Of a DNA stretch of 64,000 nt, positions 39,917-53,200 are shown in pieces. The notes beneath the pieces are model-generated. The model was given only the letters and a program-made list of their open reading frames with translations, did not search any database and had not been told where the DNA came from. Numbering within the stretch: position 1 is the stretch's first letter; every line of letters begins with the position of its first letter. Origin of the DNA: Lingula anatina (Eukaryota > Animalia > Brachiopoda); the NCBI GenBank assembly GCA_051362555.1, contig CM120644.1, forward strand, positions 8,688,954-8,752,953, given 5' to 3'. The position numbers were made by a program, and so were the translations under genes.

Positions 39917-42216
39917 CTGTATAAATGTCATTGTGACATTAAAATAACGTTCTTTTTTTGCTAGTCAAAAGCCGTGCTAAAAAGTAATGATACAAAACAA
40001 CGTGCCGCTTAAATGTATTAAGATAACATTACATGATTAATAATAGGTGTATTGAGAACATATCTTATTTATAGCGATTAATGTACTAAGAAGAAAATAG
40101 TCAAGATTGACATTAACCATTCAGCGCTGTCTTTGTGTGCTACATGATCTCATCATTATAGCTCTCTCTCTGTAAATTATAACCGGTCGTTATATATGTT
40201 TTGTAGCAAAAATGTCTCAGACCAGATTTTTGTTGCGTTTCAGATCTTCTGACAGCCACGGGAAACGTCCTAGGAAGTAAAGAATCTTCATCCTCTTCAA
40301 GTTCAACTTCGTCTAGAAAAAGAAGAAGCACAGACTTAGCGAGGGTATCTGCATTGTTGTTGTACCGTATCGGTGTTAAAACAGTTTGTCATATGCCATG
40401 TATTTGATACTGCAACGATTATGGCGGTTCTGTCCTTGCGTATTTTCAGTGGTTGTTTCAATGGGATAATTTCCCATAACGTTCAGCTTAAGCACAGTCT
40501 GCACAAGTTGAATTAGTACGACTTATGCAAACGTTTTTAAGTAGTTTGTTACTGCACAGCTATAAGCGTTAGTAGACAAATTAATATTCAAAGTATGACA
40601 TAAACCACAGCTGGATTGCTATTCCGTCTGCGATTAACTTTGTTAGGGAACATGTTAGAGATTACTTTCTGCTTATGAAAATTTTCATGAAGGAATTTTC
40701 CTTTAATTTGCTATGATCACGTAAAATATTTTATCACAGGAAAAGGCAGACGCAGACAAAACGGAGGGCCTGGTCGACGGATTAGGTGGCAAAATGGCGA
40801 ACGGGATGAACGCGTCGTCTGCTCCTGTCACCATATCTAACTCCCAGGTCTCCCTGGGGGTTCAGAAGTCCGACTCTAGCTCCCTGTCTGGTCAGAACAT
40901 CAGTAATTCCATGTCCAGTGTTGAGATGCCTAGCGTCAACAGTTCGGGAAACGTGGCGGTCAAAGTGAGTACAAGCGAAGTCTATATATATATGTAGATT
41001 TTGCTGTCATCGTCAACATTTCTAATAGATCATTGAGTTGTAACAGTTGTGGGCAGAGTATACTGATTACATTTTCGACTAATTATCTGTAACAAATATT
41101 TTATCCTTGTACATTTGATCGCCCTATATAGCAGATTTTGGTAATTTTATTAGTATGCTGAATATAATATTGGTACTGTATAGCTTGTCAAAAACGCTTC
41201 AAGCACACGGGTGCATGTCCTTGTCACGTGCCCCACATATATTGGCTTCACGTTTCATCTAACACGGAATATTTCCCCCTCTACCCCTTTCAAGATCGGA
41301 TCATTTAAGAAGTCACCAAAAAGTTACTCAGACAACGCCAATGACGTCAACTCAGCGAGCGTCAACCTTGACGTCAGAGACGACAACGGCGTGTCCGCAG
41401 CGCCATCTACTCCGGTCACTATCGCCATGTCCAGTGGTCGAACAGAGCCCCTCCAACAGAACAATGTTACCAATCCAAACGGCAGCACGACATACATTAA
41501 CTATAAGGTGTCGTCCCCGACGGCGTCAGTGTTCTTTGATATAACCAAAGGCAACCCAAGCACCAACTACACTGTGTTGGGGCAGTATGGCTCTAAACCG
41601 AACGCGACAAATTATATCTTCAGGACAGTGTCAGGCCCAGATGAGGGAGCTGTTATAAATATTATTATCCCTTCCTATACAAACGCTACTTCTTCGACGT
41701 CAAAACGGCGCAGGAGATCGACAAGCACCACCGTGGATTTATTTATAGCAGTAACTGAAGCCCAAGGTAGGTTTAGGTGTAACTAGCGCTTTCTAAGAGT
41801 ATATTTATAATGAACCACCATTTATTTATTTACTTAATATTATCTATTCACTTCTTAGTCAATAACCACAATGGCGAGTGCACCGCCACATGAGTGTAAA
41901 ACCCCGCCCAGTCAACTGATTGTTTATAACCATTTTATCGATCATCCGATTCGGTTCTAACACTGTGTCTGTAGATGATAAAGCAATAACATATTCATAT
42001 TAAAGTTATTCATTACATAATGTTTCAACCTTTGAATCGAAGGCTCTTTGAGTCCAACACTGAATTAAGTATAAAGTTAGTAAATTGACAGCATCTGACA
42101 TACAATATTGGCAGTGGCTTTCACTCCTTTAGAAAAACCATATTATTTTTAATCAAAATAATTAATCAAATAAATATGTGTATGTTCTACTTTACCTCAT
42201 GATGTTATTAGTATTA

Positions 42217-42257
<41 letters not shown>

Positions 42258-45200
42258 TTGTTTGTATCTAATAAATTGAATCAAGTAGGCCTACGAGGTT
42301 TTGTTAAACACCATACAAAATGAGAAAGATGTGGTATATCAGTTACTATTTACGCATATTTTCCTTGATATAACACAGAGATAGGTTATAATACATGTAC
42401 ATTTGTACAAACCAAGGGAATAAGTGCAGCATATAGCAAATATGTCAAACTGCACCCGAATATTTCAGAAAACGGTACCGTGAATGCGTCGTCGTCGTTC
42501 TCCTATCAGGCCATGGCCGTGGACCCCCGGATGTGGAATGCTGCCACCAATAGCTGGGAGTCTGATCCCGGACTTGAGGTAATACGTATGCGTCATACTA
42601 CATGTTCTTTACACTAGAAGTCTAAATATATGGATGCCATATATGGAGTTTCGAATATTGAATTATGATGACGATATGACGCCGTATTCAAAAATTACTT
42701 GATTGAATTTATTTGAGTTAGTTGGCTTTTGATTGAATGTATATTTTCTAGCGATGTTGAAAAATGAAACTAGACAAGTTATCGACGCTTATAAGCTTAC
42801 CGGTACTTTGTTTCATCCAGTTGAACTACGTAGTAGTTGCAAACAAGTAAAGCATGGAAAGTGAACCAAATTGACCTATCCTTCGTGTACATACATATAT
42901 CCCACCCATGCCAATAGTCGCAACTGGGACAATTATAACCAGTAGTTTACTACCTGTTCAAGTCTATGGGATAAAGACCGTAAGACAAAACGACATGCTT
43001 GTACATCTCTCTTTTAAAAAAGATAAAATAGTATGTTCAAAGTTTTCCCTACATTTATTACTCAAAACATTTTTTCTCCGTGTGCTATTATGTCTGCTTA
43101 TTCTTATATTATAGATCATTATACACATATCTGCCAATCGATTTTTGTATAGATATCATCTGATTCTACCCCGGAGAAGGTGGTGTTCAAGAGCAACTTT
43201 TTTGGTTCATTTGCTGCGGGATTGTTCGAACCACCGAACACTATCGACTTCGAGGCTGTGTTTGCCAACTTCGGAGAACGTCTCCTTGACAACGCATACG
43301 TTTTTGGTTTCCTGATTGCTCTGATTGTCATTTATATCCTGACCATTTTCTACTGCCGATGGAAAGATAAAAAAGATAAAGAGTTGGTACGTACAGACAT
43401 ACATTCACGCGAAGATTAAAATATTACACCTGTTATTGATTTATTTCTTTTCAAAACTAGGATAGTTAATATGCACAGTTTTAAAGTTGTTTACCCTTTT
43501 TAAAACTTTTGAACCCATCCTTCACAAAATATTTGAAATTTAAGCACTAGAATATATATTTTATAGACTGTACTATCATTCGATTGAAAGGACGTATTGA
43601 TCTGTTGTCAATTTCATTTTTTTTTTTTTTTTTGCATCTTAGGTAAGATCATTATTTTCTTGATGATGTAATCAAATTAATTTAAACATATGCCCATATA
43701 ATATCATTCAATGATGTGCTCTCTGTTGTTTCACAGTGGGCCTATGCTCCCCTAACAGATAATCGACCCAAAGACTCGTACTATTACCGCATCAGTGTGC
43801 AGACTGCTGTGCGTTCCATTTCACGGTGCTCCGCAAACATATTTTTCATTTTACACGGAGAAAACGGAAAGACAAGACCGCGTCATCTAGCGGACGGGGA
43901 AAGAAAGGTTCGTGGAGGCTAGATAATGTTTGATTTAAGACTGTTAATTTAATTGACCAATTAAATTTCATTGTTTTTGGCGGTACTTCATGAAAGTAGA
44001 ATTAAGCGTTACTGCATTGAATAAAAACGTTTTGACAATGTGACTCTCTCTTTCTTCTGCTAGTGTTTTGGCAACGGATCCACCAACAACTTTACCATGG
44101 CGGTCCCTAAATATCTGGGCCGACTGAAATATATGCAAGTTTGGATAGACGACACGGGCCCATCTCCCCATTGGTTACCGAATAAGGTCATCATGTACGA
44201 TATTCAGGAGCGTAAAAGGTAAATGCTATGCGTTCTAACTATATTATATTATATTATATTATATTATATTATCGTTCATAATTATACAAATCACAAGGCA
44301 AACTTAAACGTCTATATACTAGATTTCATTTGAAACCTTTGTAAGCAGAATAAACCAAACGTCTTTCTCAAACTAATGAAGACCATCAAAGGCACTTAAT
44401 TTTTGGAATTCTATACAGTAACAGAACTGTACTCAATTACATATTTTTTTACAATTTCGATGCCTGTATTTAATAGGCGCATTAAAATTGATAGCAATTC
44501 TTAAATGGAATTTTCCAAAGAAAATACTTTCAAAAGCAGTATAATTTTTGAGCAAAAATGTTCATTAGCTTGGTTGTTGGATATACATGAAAATAATATA
44601 ACTTTTGTCTATACAGGTTCTACTTTATGGGAAGCCGTTGGCTGTCGGCGACCAAGTCAGACAAAAGAACAAACAGATTACTGAAGAGTCAGACAGAGGA
44701 TGAGTTTAGGGACTTCAACGCTCTTTTCAGCGAAAACGCCTCCAAGAATTTCTTTGACGATCACCTCTGGGTATCCATATTCAGCCGCCCTACTACTAGC
44801 AGGTATGTAGTCAACCAAAGACGTTAGGATAACTAGAATGGCACTGACAAATCATTTCATTTTGATTGAGCATGGATAAGTCGTGTATTTCATTGAATGG
44901 AAAGAAACTTACTCTGTTATCATTTTGAACTTTGACTCTCTGCTGTAAGGCAGCACAGCAAAGCTTAGAAAGCAGTTGAACGGTGGCACAATTTCTAATA
45001 TTTTTGTTTAAGGTTCACTCGTGTGCAGCGTCTGTCGGTGAGCGTGGCCCTGTTGTTCCTGGGTATGATAACCAATGCCATGTTCTACAGGGGAGACGAC
45101 GAAGGATCGTCTTCAAGTGGCCTGCAAATCGGGCCTATCACCATCACATTCAGACAGGTGAGTGTTCGAATATGGAATTGCTCACACGAGGACCGACCCA

Positions 45201-48200
45201 CACGTACATGTAGTCTGGAAACTCACCAATTGACGTCAGGAAACAATCAGGTTGATAATTATTATATCCGTAGTCTGCAATGGGAGTGCTATGTCATTTG
45301 GCCGTTTATAGTGACGTCGTTTTTTAATCTTTTAATTGACCCTGATATAATAGGACCACTCGGCAAAAAGCTCAAGGTTACCTGTAATATCGTCTGGGGC
45401 TGAACTCAGTTTGGTTTAACTTTGTACAACATCAACTAAAGGCAATTTACGGGGTTTTTTTAATTATTATTTTTAGACGATAATTTTTGCCAAATCCAAT
45501 GTACATTAAACAAGGAATATAAAAGAAATGCCTTGCGGTATTTTACAGATATGGGTTGGACTTGTCGGCGCCTTGATTGTCCTGCCACCAGCTGTGATAA
45601 TGATCGAGATATTCCGTCGGTCTCGGGAAAGAAAACGCTCTAAGACCCCAGCCTGGACCATCGTAGCCGAGGCAAATATCAACTCCTCTGGTCCTCGTAT
45701 TGGACTTGAGGGGAGCAAGTGTGATCTCTCGGGCGATTTGAAGAAACACAGTTGTGAAAATGTCAACGAGGTCGATGGATTATCAGGGAAGGGCTCTGAT
45801 GAGGGAATTGGTAGTTTAGGTGGTTTGGGGTCACAAAAAGATTTACAGCCAGTGGCCACTGTGTCTGACATCCACATTCCATACACATATCCGGCCTTGC
45901 CGCCTCAATATCAGGATATCTATTACGACAAGACGGAAGGCAGTGATGACACGGACCTGTTAATGGCATTCGCACTCCAGCCTTCATCAAACGAAGATTT
46001 TATGAATACCCTGGATCATCTCGATGAATCGAAGAAAAAGAAGAAACCAAAAGGGCCACTGACTTTGCCCTGGGGATTCGTGATTATCGGGTACATTATT
46101 GTGTTTTTGTCTATTGCGGCGTCGGCTTTCTTTACACTCCTGTACAGCCTTCAGTGGGGGAAGGAGAAGTCGCTTGGCTGGTTGCTGTCCATGTTCTTCA
46201 CCATAGTGCAGTCTTTGATATTGGTACAGCCAGTAAAGGTAAGAAAAGTTTATTTTCCAATGTCTTTTATCTTTATTTATTTACAACATTTATTTATTTA
46301 TTTATTTGTTAATTTGATAACATATCCCAAAAAATAAAGTAAGCGAATAAGACAAAAATGTTTAAGGTTCTGTGTATAGATGACGCTTTGAATGTTTTGA
46401 AAATAATAGCCATTTGTGTAACTTTATTTTGTCATTTGTAAATAATTTAGAATTCATTCATTGTAAAAATACCTTTAATATGTCTAAAATACGATTTTTC
46501 ATATAAGGATGCCAAATTATTACATCAATCCTTCAGGTTGTACTGATGGCTGTGGTGTTCTCCTGCTTTATGAAGTTACCAGCTGTAGAGGATGAAGATG
46601 ACGTAAACATGGATGACGTCACAGTTTTGCGGTCAACGCCTCTCCCTGTTCCCGGTATGACGTCATTATATAATGGCGAATTATACAGGATTCCTATTCT
46701 CTGTTGTCATTTTATGTCCTTTTTACATTCTTCTACGACTCAACTACCTCTTATTCATGCTGTTAATGACATTAGTATACTTCTAAAGGTGAAGTTTATT
46801 CTTGGGTCGACCAATGTCTAGTTTTGCTAACAAATATACTAGTAAATCTCAATATGGAAATAATAATTTATTTTGATCATTGATTTTCAGTGACAATCAT
46901 TGTCCCACGTAATCTGGAGTCCCCAGATGACGCCCCAGACGACGTGGAAATAAGACAGAAGAAAATAAAGCTAGAAGAGAAGATGATGTCCAACTTCAAA
47001 AGCATCTTTGTTCACCTCGTCCATCTTTGTTTACTGCTGATCATCGCGTTCAGCAATAGGGACGACAACTTCTTCTTACAGAACGAAGCACTAGTAAAAG
47101 GATTGTCCTTGGAGGACACATCGGTAACCATCTATGCATATATGAATGCGTGTTAATAAAAACATAACATTTGTCGCAAAATCGCTTCTTGCAAGCTCCT
47201 ACCTCCCTTGAAGATTTTAAGTAAAGTCAACATTACAAAACGCAAAATAATGGATCGTTCTGAAAAACGAAGGGTTGTTGAGAAAGTGCATACACGGACG
47301 CCATACATAGTGGATAGTCACTGGTTTTATCAAATTAAGTTAGCTTTTAACTGGGGGCACACTTCATGTATGTACGTGCTCATCACTGTATTTGTGATAC
47401 CACGTCACAATACGACACAGCAGTTATCTTACACAAAGCAGGCTATTCAAACAAGTCTATAAAATTAGTCTTGCAGACTTTGAAAAACAAACGTAAATGC
47501 TCTAGTCAAGCATTTCATAACGTACCACATTATATTCTGTACTAATCATTGACTATGAAAGGCTCACCGTATTTTTTTTAATTTTTTCAGTTTGGTAAAC
47601 TCGATGACCTTTGGCCGTGGTTGACGGACACCATTGTCCCCGAGGTTTTCCCGACGACTGAGTACAACAGTGACGCCCTGTCCACGTACGACCTTCAGTT
47701 CATCAGCATTCTATGTGGACTACGTCTGGGACCTTTGCGCGTGCGCCAAGTTAGGGCAAATAAACGTAAGTTCTTGATTTATGACTCGTAGGCGCATATG
47801 TGAGTTAGAAAGCACTACGTAATGCATTTATAAGTTAGAAAACATTTATAAGTCAAAAGGCACTATTGCATTTATAACTTAGAAAGCAGTTGTAAGTTTG
47901 AAAGCACTACTGTAAGAATAAATCGTCGTGGTCTGAAGTAAAGAGGAACGTGCTAAGGAACATGTGATCAAAATTTGCTAACCTTTTTTAATTATCAGAA
48001 CAAGATTACTCAGGAAGACTTTGTAATTAAGGAGTAGAGAGGACGGTCTCAAATTCTATTGAGTTCAATTTCTCGTCAACAACAAGTTAGAATCAAACAA
48101 ATAACATGATCTCGTACATTTTGTATCATGACATTGTACAAGACGTTTTCTGTTTTACAGAAATTCTTCATCATGCATATATACTTAGCAATTGCAACTG

Positions 48201-50169
48201 CCATTTTGCGACAATCATAGTGTCTTCAGTCAAGAGCGAAAGCCAGAGCTATTCTTCTAGGTTTATGTCTCCGTTAAAATACATGTGCCTGAGTGATTAA
48301 CACAACTGAGGTATAATCTGACTGATATGTTTTTTATTCCACCAATAGGGACATGTAATGTGGTGCCCCCTATGGATAACCTTACCACCGCCTGCAGTGC
48401 ACCCTGGTATTCAGAACAGTCACCAACTAGTAACTTCACAGAAGGTATGTTACCACTACTTGTCATTTTGAAGTGAAACTGTGCCTTAGCTGCTAAGAAG
48501 AAAAAAATACAGAAAACTGTTTTGATTATGCTGCTTTGGGTTATTTTATGATTATACATGTGCGCTTAGTTCAATAAAAAGAAAGAAGTTGGCATGCTTT
48601 AACAAAATATCTTATTTCATTGACATGTGGATATGCATATAATTATTTTACAAATATACCAAAATTACAATCATCACTGCGTTTTTTTTTCTTTTGTGCC
48701 TTGTTATTCTTAAAATAAAGCTTAATGTAACTGACTGTTTTAGCCTGGGCAGAAGTGAACACCACCATTGGTGACGTAGTTCCGGTCGGGTTTGACTACA
48801 AGGTACAGAACACACCCAACGACTACTATCAGACGGGCATGTTTGGGAGTTACCAACCGAGTGGATACATGGTAGACGTCAACTCAGACTCAGAGGCAAT
48901 AACAGTGTTCAACCAACTGAAGCAGAACAATTGGCTAGATAAATACACGCGTGCTGTCTTCGTGGAGTTTACCATCAACAATGCGTTTGTTAATGTGTTC
49001 ACCATGGTGCGGTTGATAGTCGAGTTTCCCGTCACTGGGGGAATATTCTTCACACACAAGGAGACCAGTTTTAGACCATATCCGTACGTTGAGGCCTTTG
49101 ATTTCATTTTGCTGGTCATTCAAGTGATATGGGCAATATTCGTCATCTATTTCTTCATTGCAGCCATGATACGGGCGGTGAAAACGAAAGGAAAGTGTTT
49201 CAAAGACATGTGGTTCTTGCTGGAATTTTTCGACTGCCTTTTTGCGTTCGCCAGCATGGCATTTTTTATACTGCGGACATTCCGATTGATTCAGGTTGTG
49301 GAGGAAGTGAAAAATAATATAGGTACGGTTTTTGTAGCGCAGTTGTACATTATGTACATTTAATATTTTGGCCAAATGGATATTTAAACGTTATGGACTC
49401 GAAAAATTGGCTTATAATACCATGTATCACCTGGAAAACAACTGTGGCTTAATTAGACAACTTTTGTGTCATTTTACTTTAATAGGAATCGCCTGTTTAA
49501 AATATAATATTACAATGATAAATTTATACATTTTGTAAATTTCATCTTTATTTTTTTTTTTTTAGGAAAATTTGTTCCATTTGACCGCGTCACTTTCTGG
49601 GACGAGGCTTATACGGCCTGCATTGCAACGGATACTTTCCTTGTCTTGATGCAACTTTTCAAGCCCATGGCCTTTGTCGAACAGCTAGCTGTCCTGAAAT
49701 ATGCCCTGGTCAAGAGTTTTACGCGCGTCCTCCTCTATATGGTCATCTTCATTCTCCTCTTATATAGTTTTGCAGTATCGCTGAACTTTATGAGCGGGGA
49801 CTACATGTGGGTTTTCAGGGACGTCCCGCACGCTATCTATAACTTATTCGGCGTCATGATTGGACTTGTAAAGTACGATGACGTTAAGGAAGACGATTCT
49901 TTCATCATTGTGCTGGTGTTTTTGGCATTTACGTCGAGCATGAATTTCATTTTACTGAATTTGTTCATATCAATCATCAACGATACTGTCACCGAGGCGA
50001 AAGAAGATGACAATTCAGACATGTTTGACAGGGAATTGAACGAGCATCTCAACGAAAAACTGCGAGACATGTTTGGAAAGAAAGAGGAGCAAGAGAAAAA
50101 GGCCGTCACTTTTGAAAGTAAAAACATTGATTTTTTAATTAAGTGTTTGCCGTTTATGTTCTTCTTCTG

Positions 50170-50212
<43 letters not shown>

Positions 50213-53200
50213 CGAACGTATTATATCAGACAGGCATTACATAATTTTCTCATTCCTTGATCCTTTGACAGTTCTAGCGTATGTTAACTTTTATACAATG
50301 TCATATTACCCATATCCTAGGTACCTTAAGCATTAAGAGCAAGGTTCATCCAGCGCCCCCAGCTATTGTTATCTCAGACTATGAACAGAATGACGCTCCA
50401 AAATCAGAAGCCCCACCAGAGGCCACCGTGCAGCAAGATGGTACAAACTCTGGTGCCTTTAACTCATTACAGCCTGAGAAACCGGTTAAAGCGGGAAATA
50501 AAAAAGCCGTTGACGTCAAAAGCACTCTTGGGAAATCATTCCTTGTTGCAAAATACCACGGTAACAACGGAAAGCGAGGAAAATACGACAAGTCGGTCAC
50601 TGCCGCTTTGGACCTGGCTTATCTGGTAACAATGTTATTTCTTTTATTTCTTTAATATGCCTCAAAAAAAATGACAGCATTCCCTTAAGCTTGTTATTAT
50701 ATATACAAACTATTTGTCAAAAATTGTTTTTCTTCAGTTCATAGCATAATATGACGGTTTTTTAATTTTGCTATTTTATTTTAATTGAGTTAATTTTTTT
50801 CTTCGTAGATGGAGAAGAGCTTCAACTGTTGCGTCCAAACGCTGGAAGCCGAACTGCAAGACACAAGAAACGAGATAGAAATCCGAAAGCGGGAAAACAC
50901 GAAGTTGCGCGACCAGCTCGCCAAGGCACAAAACGTCATAGCCCAGACCAGACAAACGATTGCTGGCATTAAAACCAACATGAGGAAGATGATCCAGGGG
51001 GAGCTGCGAAGACTCAGCGTCGAGGGCGTTCAAAGTGACCAAATAAAAGGCGAACTGATCACTCGGGTTGAGAAGAAATATGAGGCGCTAACAAAATACC
51101 GAAACCGTCCAGAAGCATGGACACTTATCAGGTACAGTGTATGCAACATGCATGTATCAGTGGGTTTTGTTGGAGCCCAGGAAGGGTAAACCGATTTTTT
51201 TATATTTATAGCATCTGTTGCACGAAAGATAGTAACAAAAATGGGCTATTTGATCTCTGCTTCACACTTGCGTTGCAAGCACACTGTCACTTGAAATGAT
51301 ATAAAATAAATCGTGTAAACAGGTGCAGTAGCAAAAAGTTTTTTATGCTTAGATGTATCTTAATTTTTCTTTTAGTTTGCGGAATAGACAGAACGAATTC
51401 CTAGCGTTTGCTAAGGCAATACCTGGATTATTTGACGAAAATGACGTCACGGTAGAGGAAGAAGACCCCGCCATTATCATTGGAAGAGCAGGCTGTAGTG
51501 ACGTGAAAGGGGTCATAGGTCAGGTGATCGCCTTAAAAAGAGCAGAGGATTTTGACTACGAGGTAATACATGAAGTTTATTGTTGTATACTGCACATTCT
51601 GTCATTCGAGGCAACCGTTTGAGCTGTCTAGATTAATCCCGGTGACCTTATAATATCTTTTTTTTAAATATAAGTAGACGGCTCCATGTAGTAACCCGAT
51701 TTTTTGTGTTCCAGGAGAAGTTGTTTCTCGGAATACCGATATTAGGAAAAACAAAGTTGACTTCTTCCGGTGTGTCACTGCGAGCGTCCTATGACGAATC
51801 CGGGGAATTCTGGGAAACGACTCCGCACAAGATTTCTAAAGTCAAAATTGATGACAAGGTAAAAAGAATTATCCCAAATATATTTATTCATTTATTTGTT
51901 CAAATACTCTACTTTCAAAGATACTTTGACTTCAATTGATGTTCCATATTAGATTTTTACCACAATGTTCACAGGGCTATTTTGAAACTTAATATTATAA
52001 CAATCTCATTTATTCTCTAATTATGCACAGGTGAAGGTATTAAGAAAAAAGCATATTAGTCAATACACCCCTTTAAGATCAAGAAAATAGTAGGTTGCTG
52101 TCGGTGTAGCCACGTCTTTTTGTGGGAACACTCTGAAAAATGGACGCCAAATACCTTAATTTGGTTTTCTTTATCTCCAGCCGTTCCAGTGCATATATGG
52201 AGTCTTTAATGGCATCCCTAACCGTTTTGCTGCGGTACATTTATACGACAGGCAAAGCTTTAAGATTTCACCAGCAGGGGGAGTTGTTACCCCAACAGAT
52301 GAAAAGGACTTCATAATGACATTTGAGCAGAAGACGTTTTCTGAGACGAGCGATGTGTCACTTCAGGTATGAGTTGTCCAACTTTTGTTATATGTAATTA
52401 GAGACAGCTAGGGGAAGTGTATTTCCAAAGGATGTGGCTTAAAGCACACCTCACAAATACGATTTGTTACAATGTACATGTACATAGGCAGCAGGCCTAC
52501 CTTTCCAGGTATGGAAATACTTTCATGAAATCATGAAATCATTTCAGAACAACTTACCAATTACGCTTGTTCCTTTGAGCTGGAGTGAGAAAGGGCCGTC
52601 GGATTAAGGGGGGGGCAGGGAGGCCCTCTCCCCTTCTGATTCTTGAAATTAGAATTTTGACTGGTTGAATCATAGTTCTAAACCGTACCAAATGGCACCG
52701 TTTGCCCTCCAAAACACCAAAACTTTTTCGGAGTCCTTGAGCGGGCCCCAAAACCAACGCAAAGGGGAGAAGGGGAGTCAAGGGTCGGCTTCGCATTTGA
52801 AGCCTGCTATTCCTAAAAACTGGACCCCCTTTAAAAAGTCACGGATCCGCCCCTGATCGTGATCCAGGTTATGATTGAAAATTCTTACCACTTGCTAAAT
52901 TTGGACTAAAAAATAATAAATAAAAGAATATGTGAAACTTGGATGTAAAACCTAATAAGTGTTTGGATTGCAGTTGCGATTTGTGTCGACGTACATCGAA
53001 AGGCGGAGACTCGTTATTTGCGTTATCTATTTTGTTATTTTCTGCTTATTTTAAGTAATTATTGCAACAGATGCTTAAATAATTTGAATTTCAGTCATTT
53101 GACATTCATGTTAGATGTGTTTGTCTTATTGTTTTTATGATGTCGCATGCATATGCATGATTTAGTTCAGATTTAAACTGAGATATAATCCAAGGTGAAA

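Noticed and set aside
50118-50260. Unspliced continuation of ORF 49646-50260 as the true polycystin C-terminus
   Set aside because: Runs through a (CT)n microsatellite, and a GT donor at 50118 links in phase to the next exon; cannot be excluded as a minor isoform
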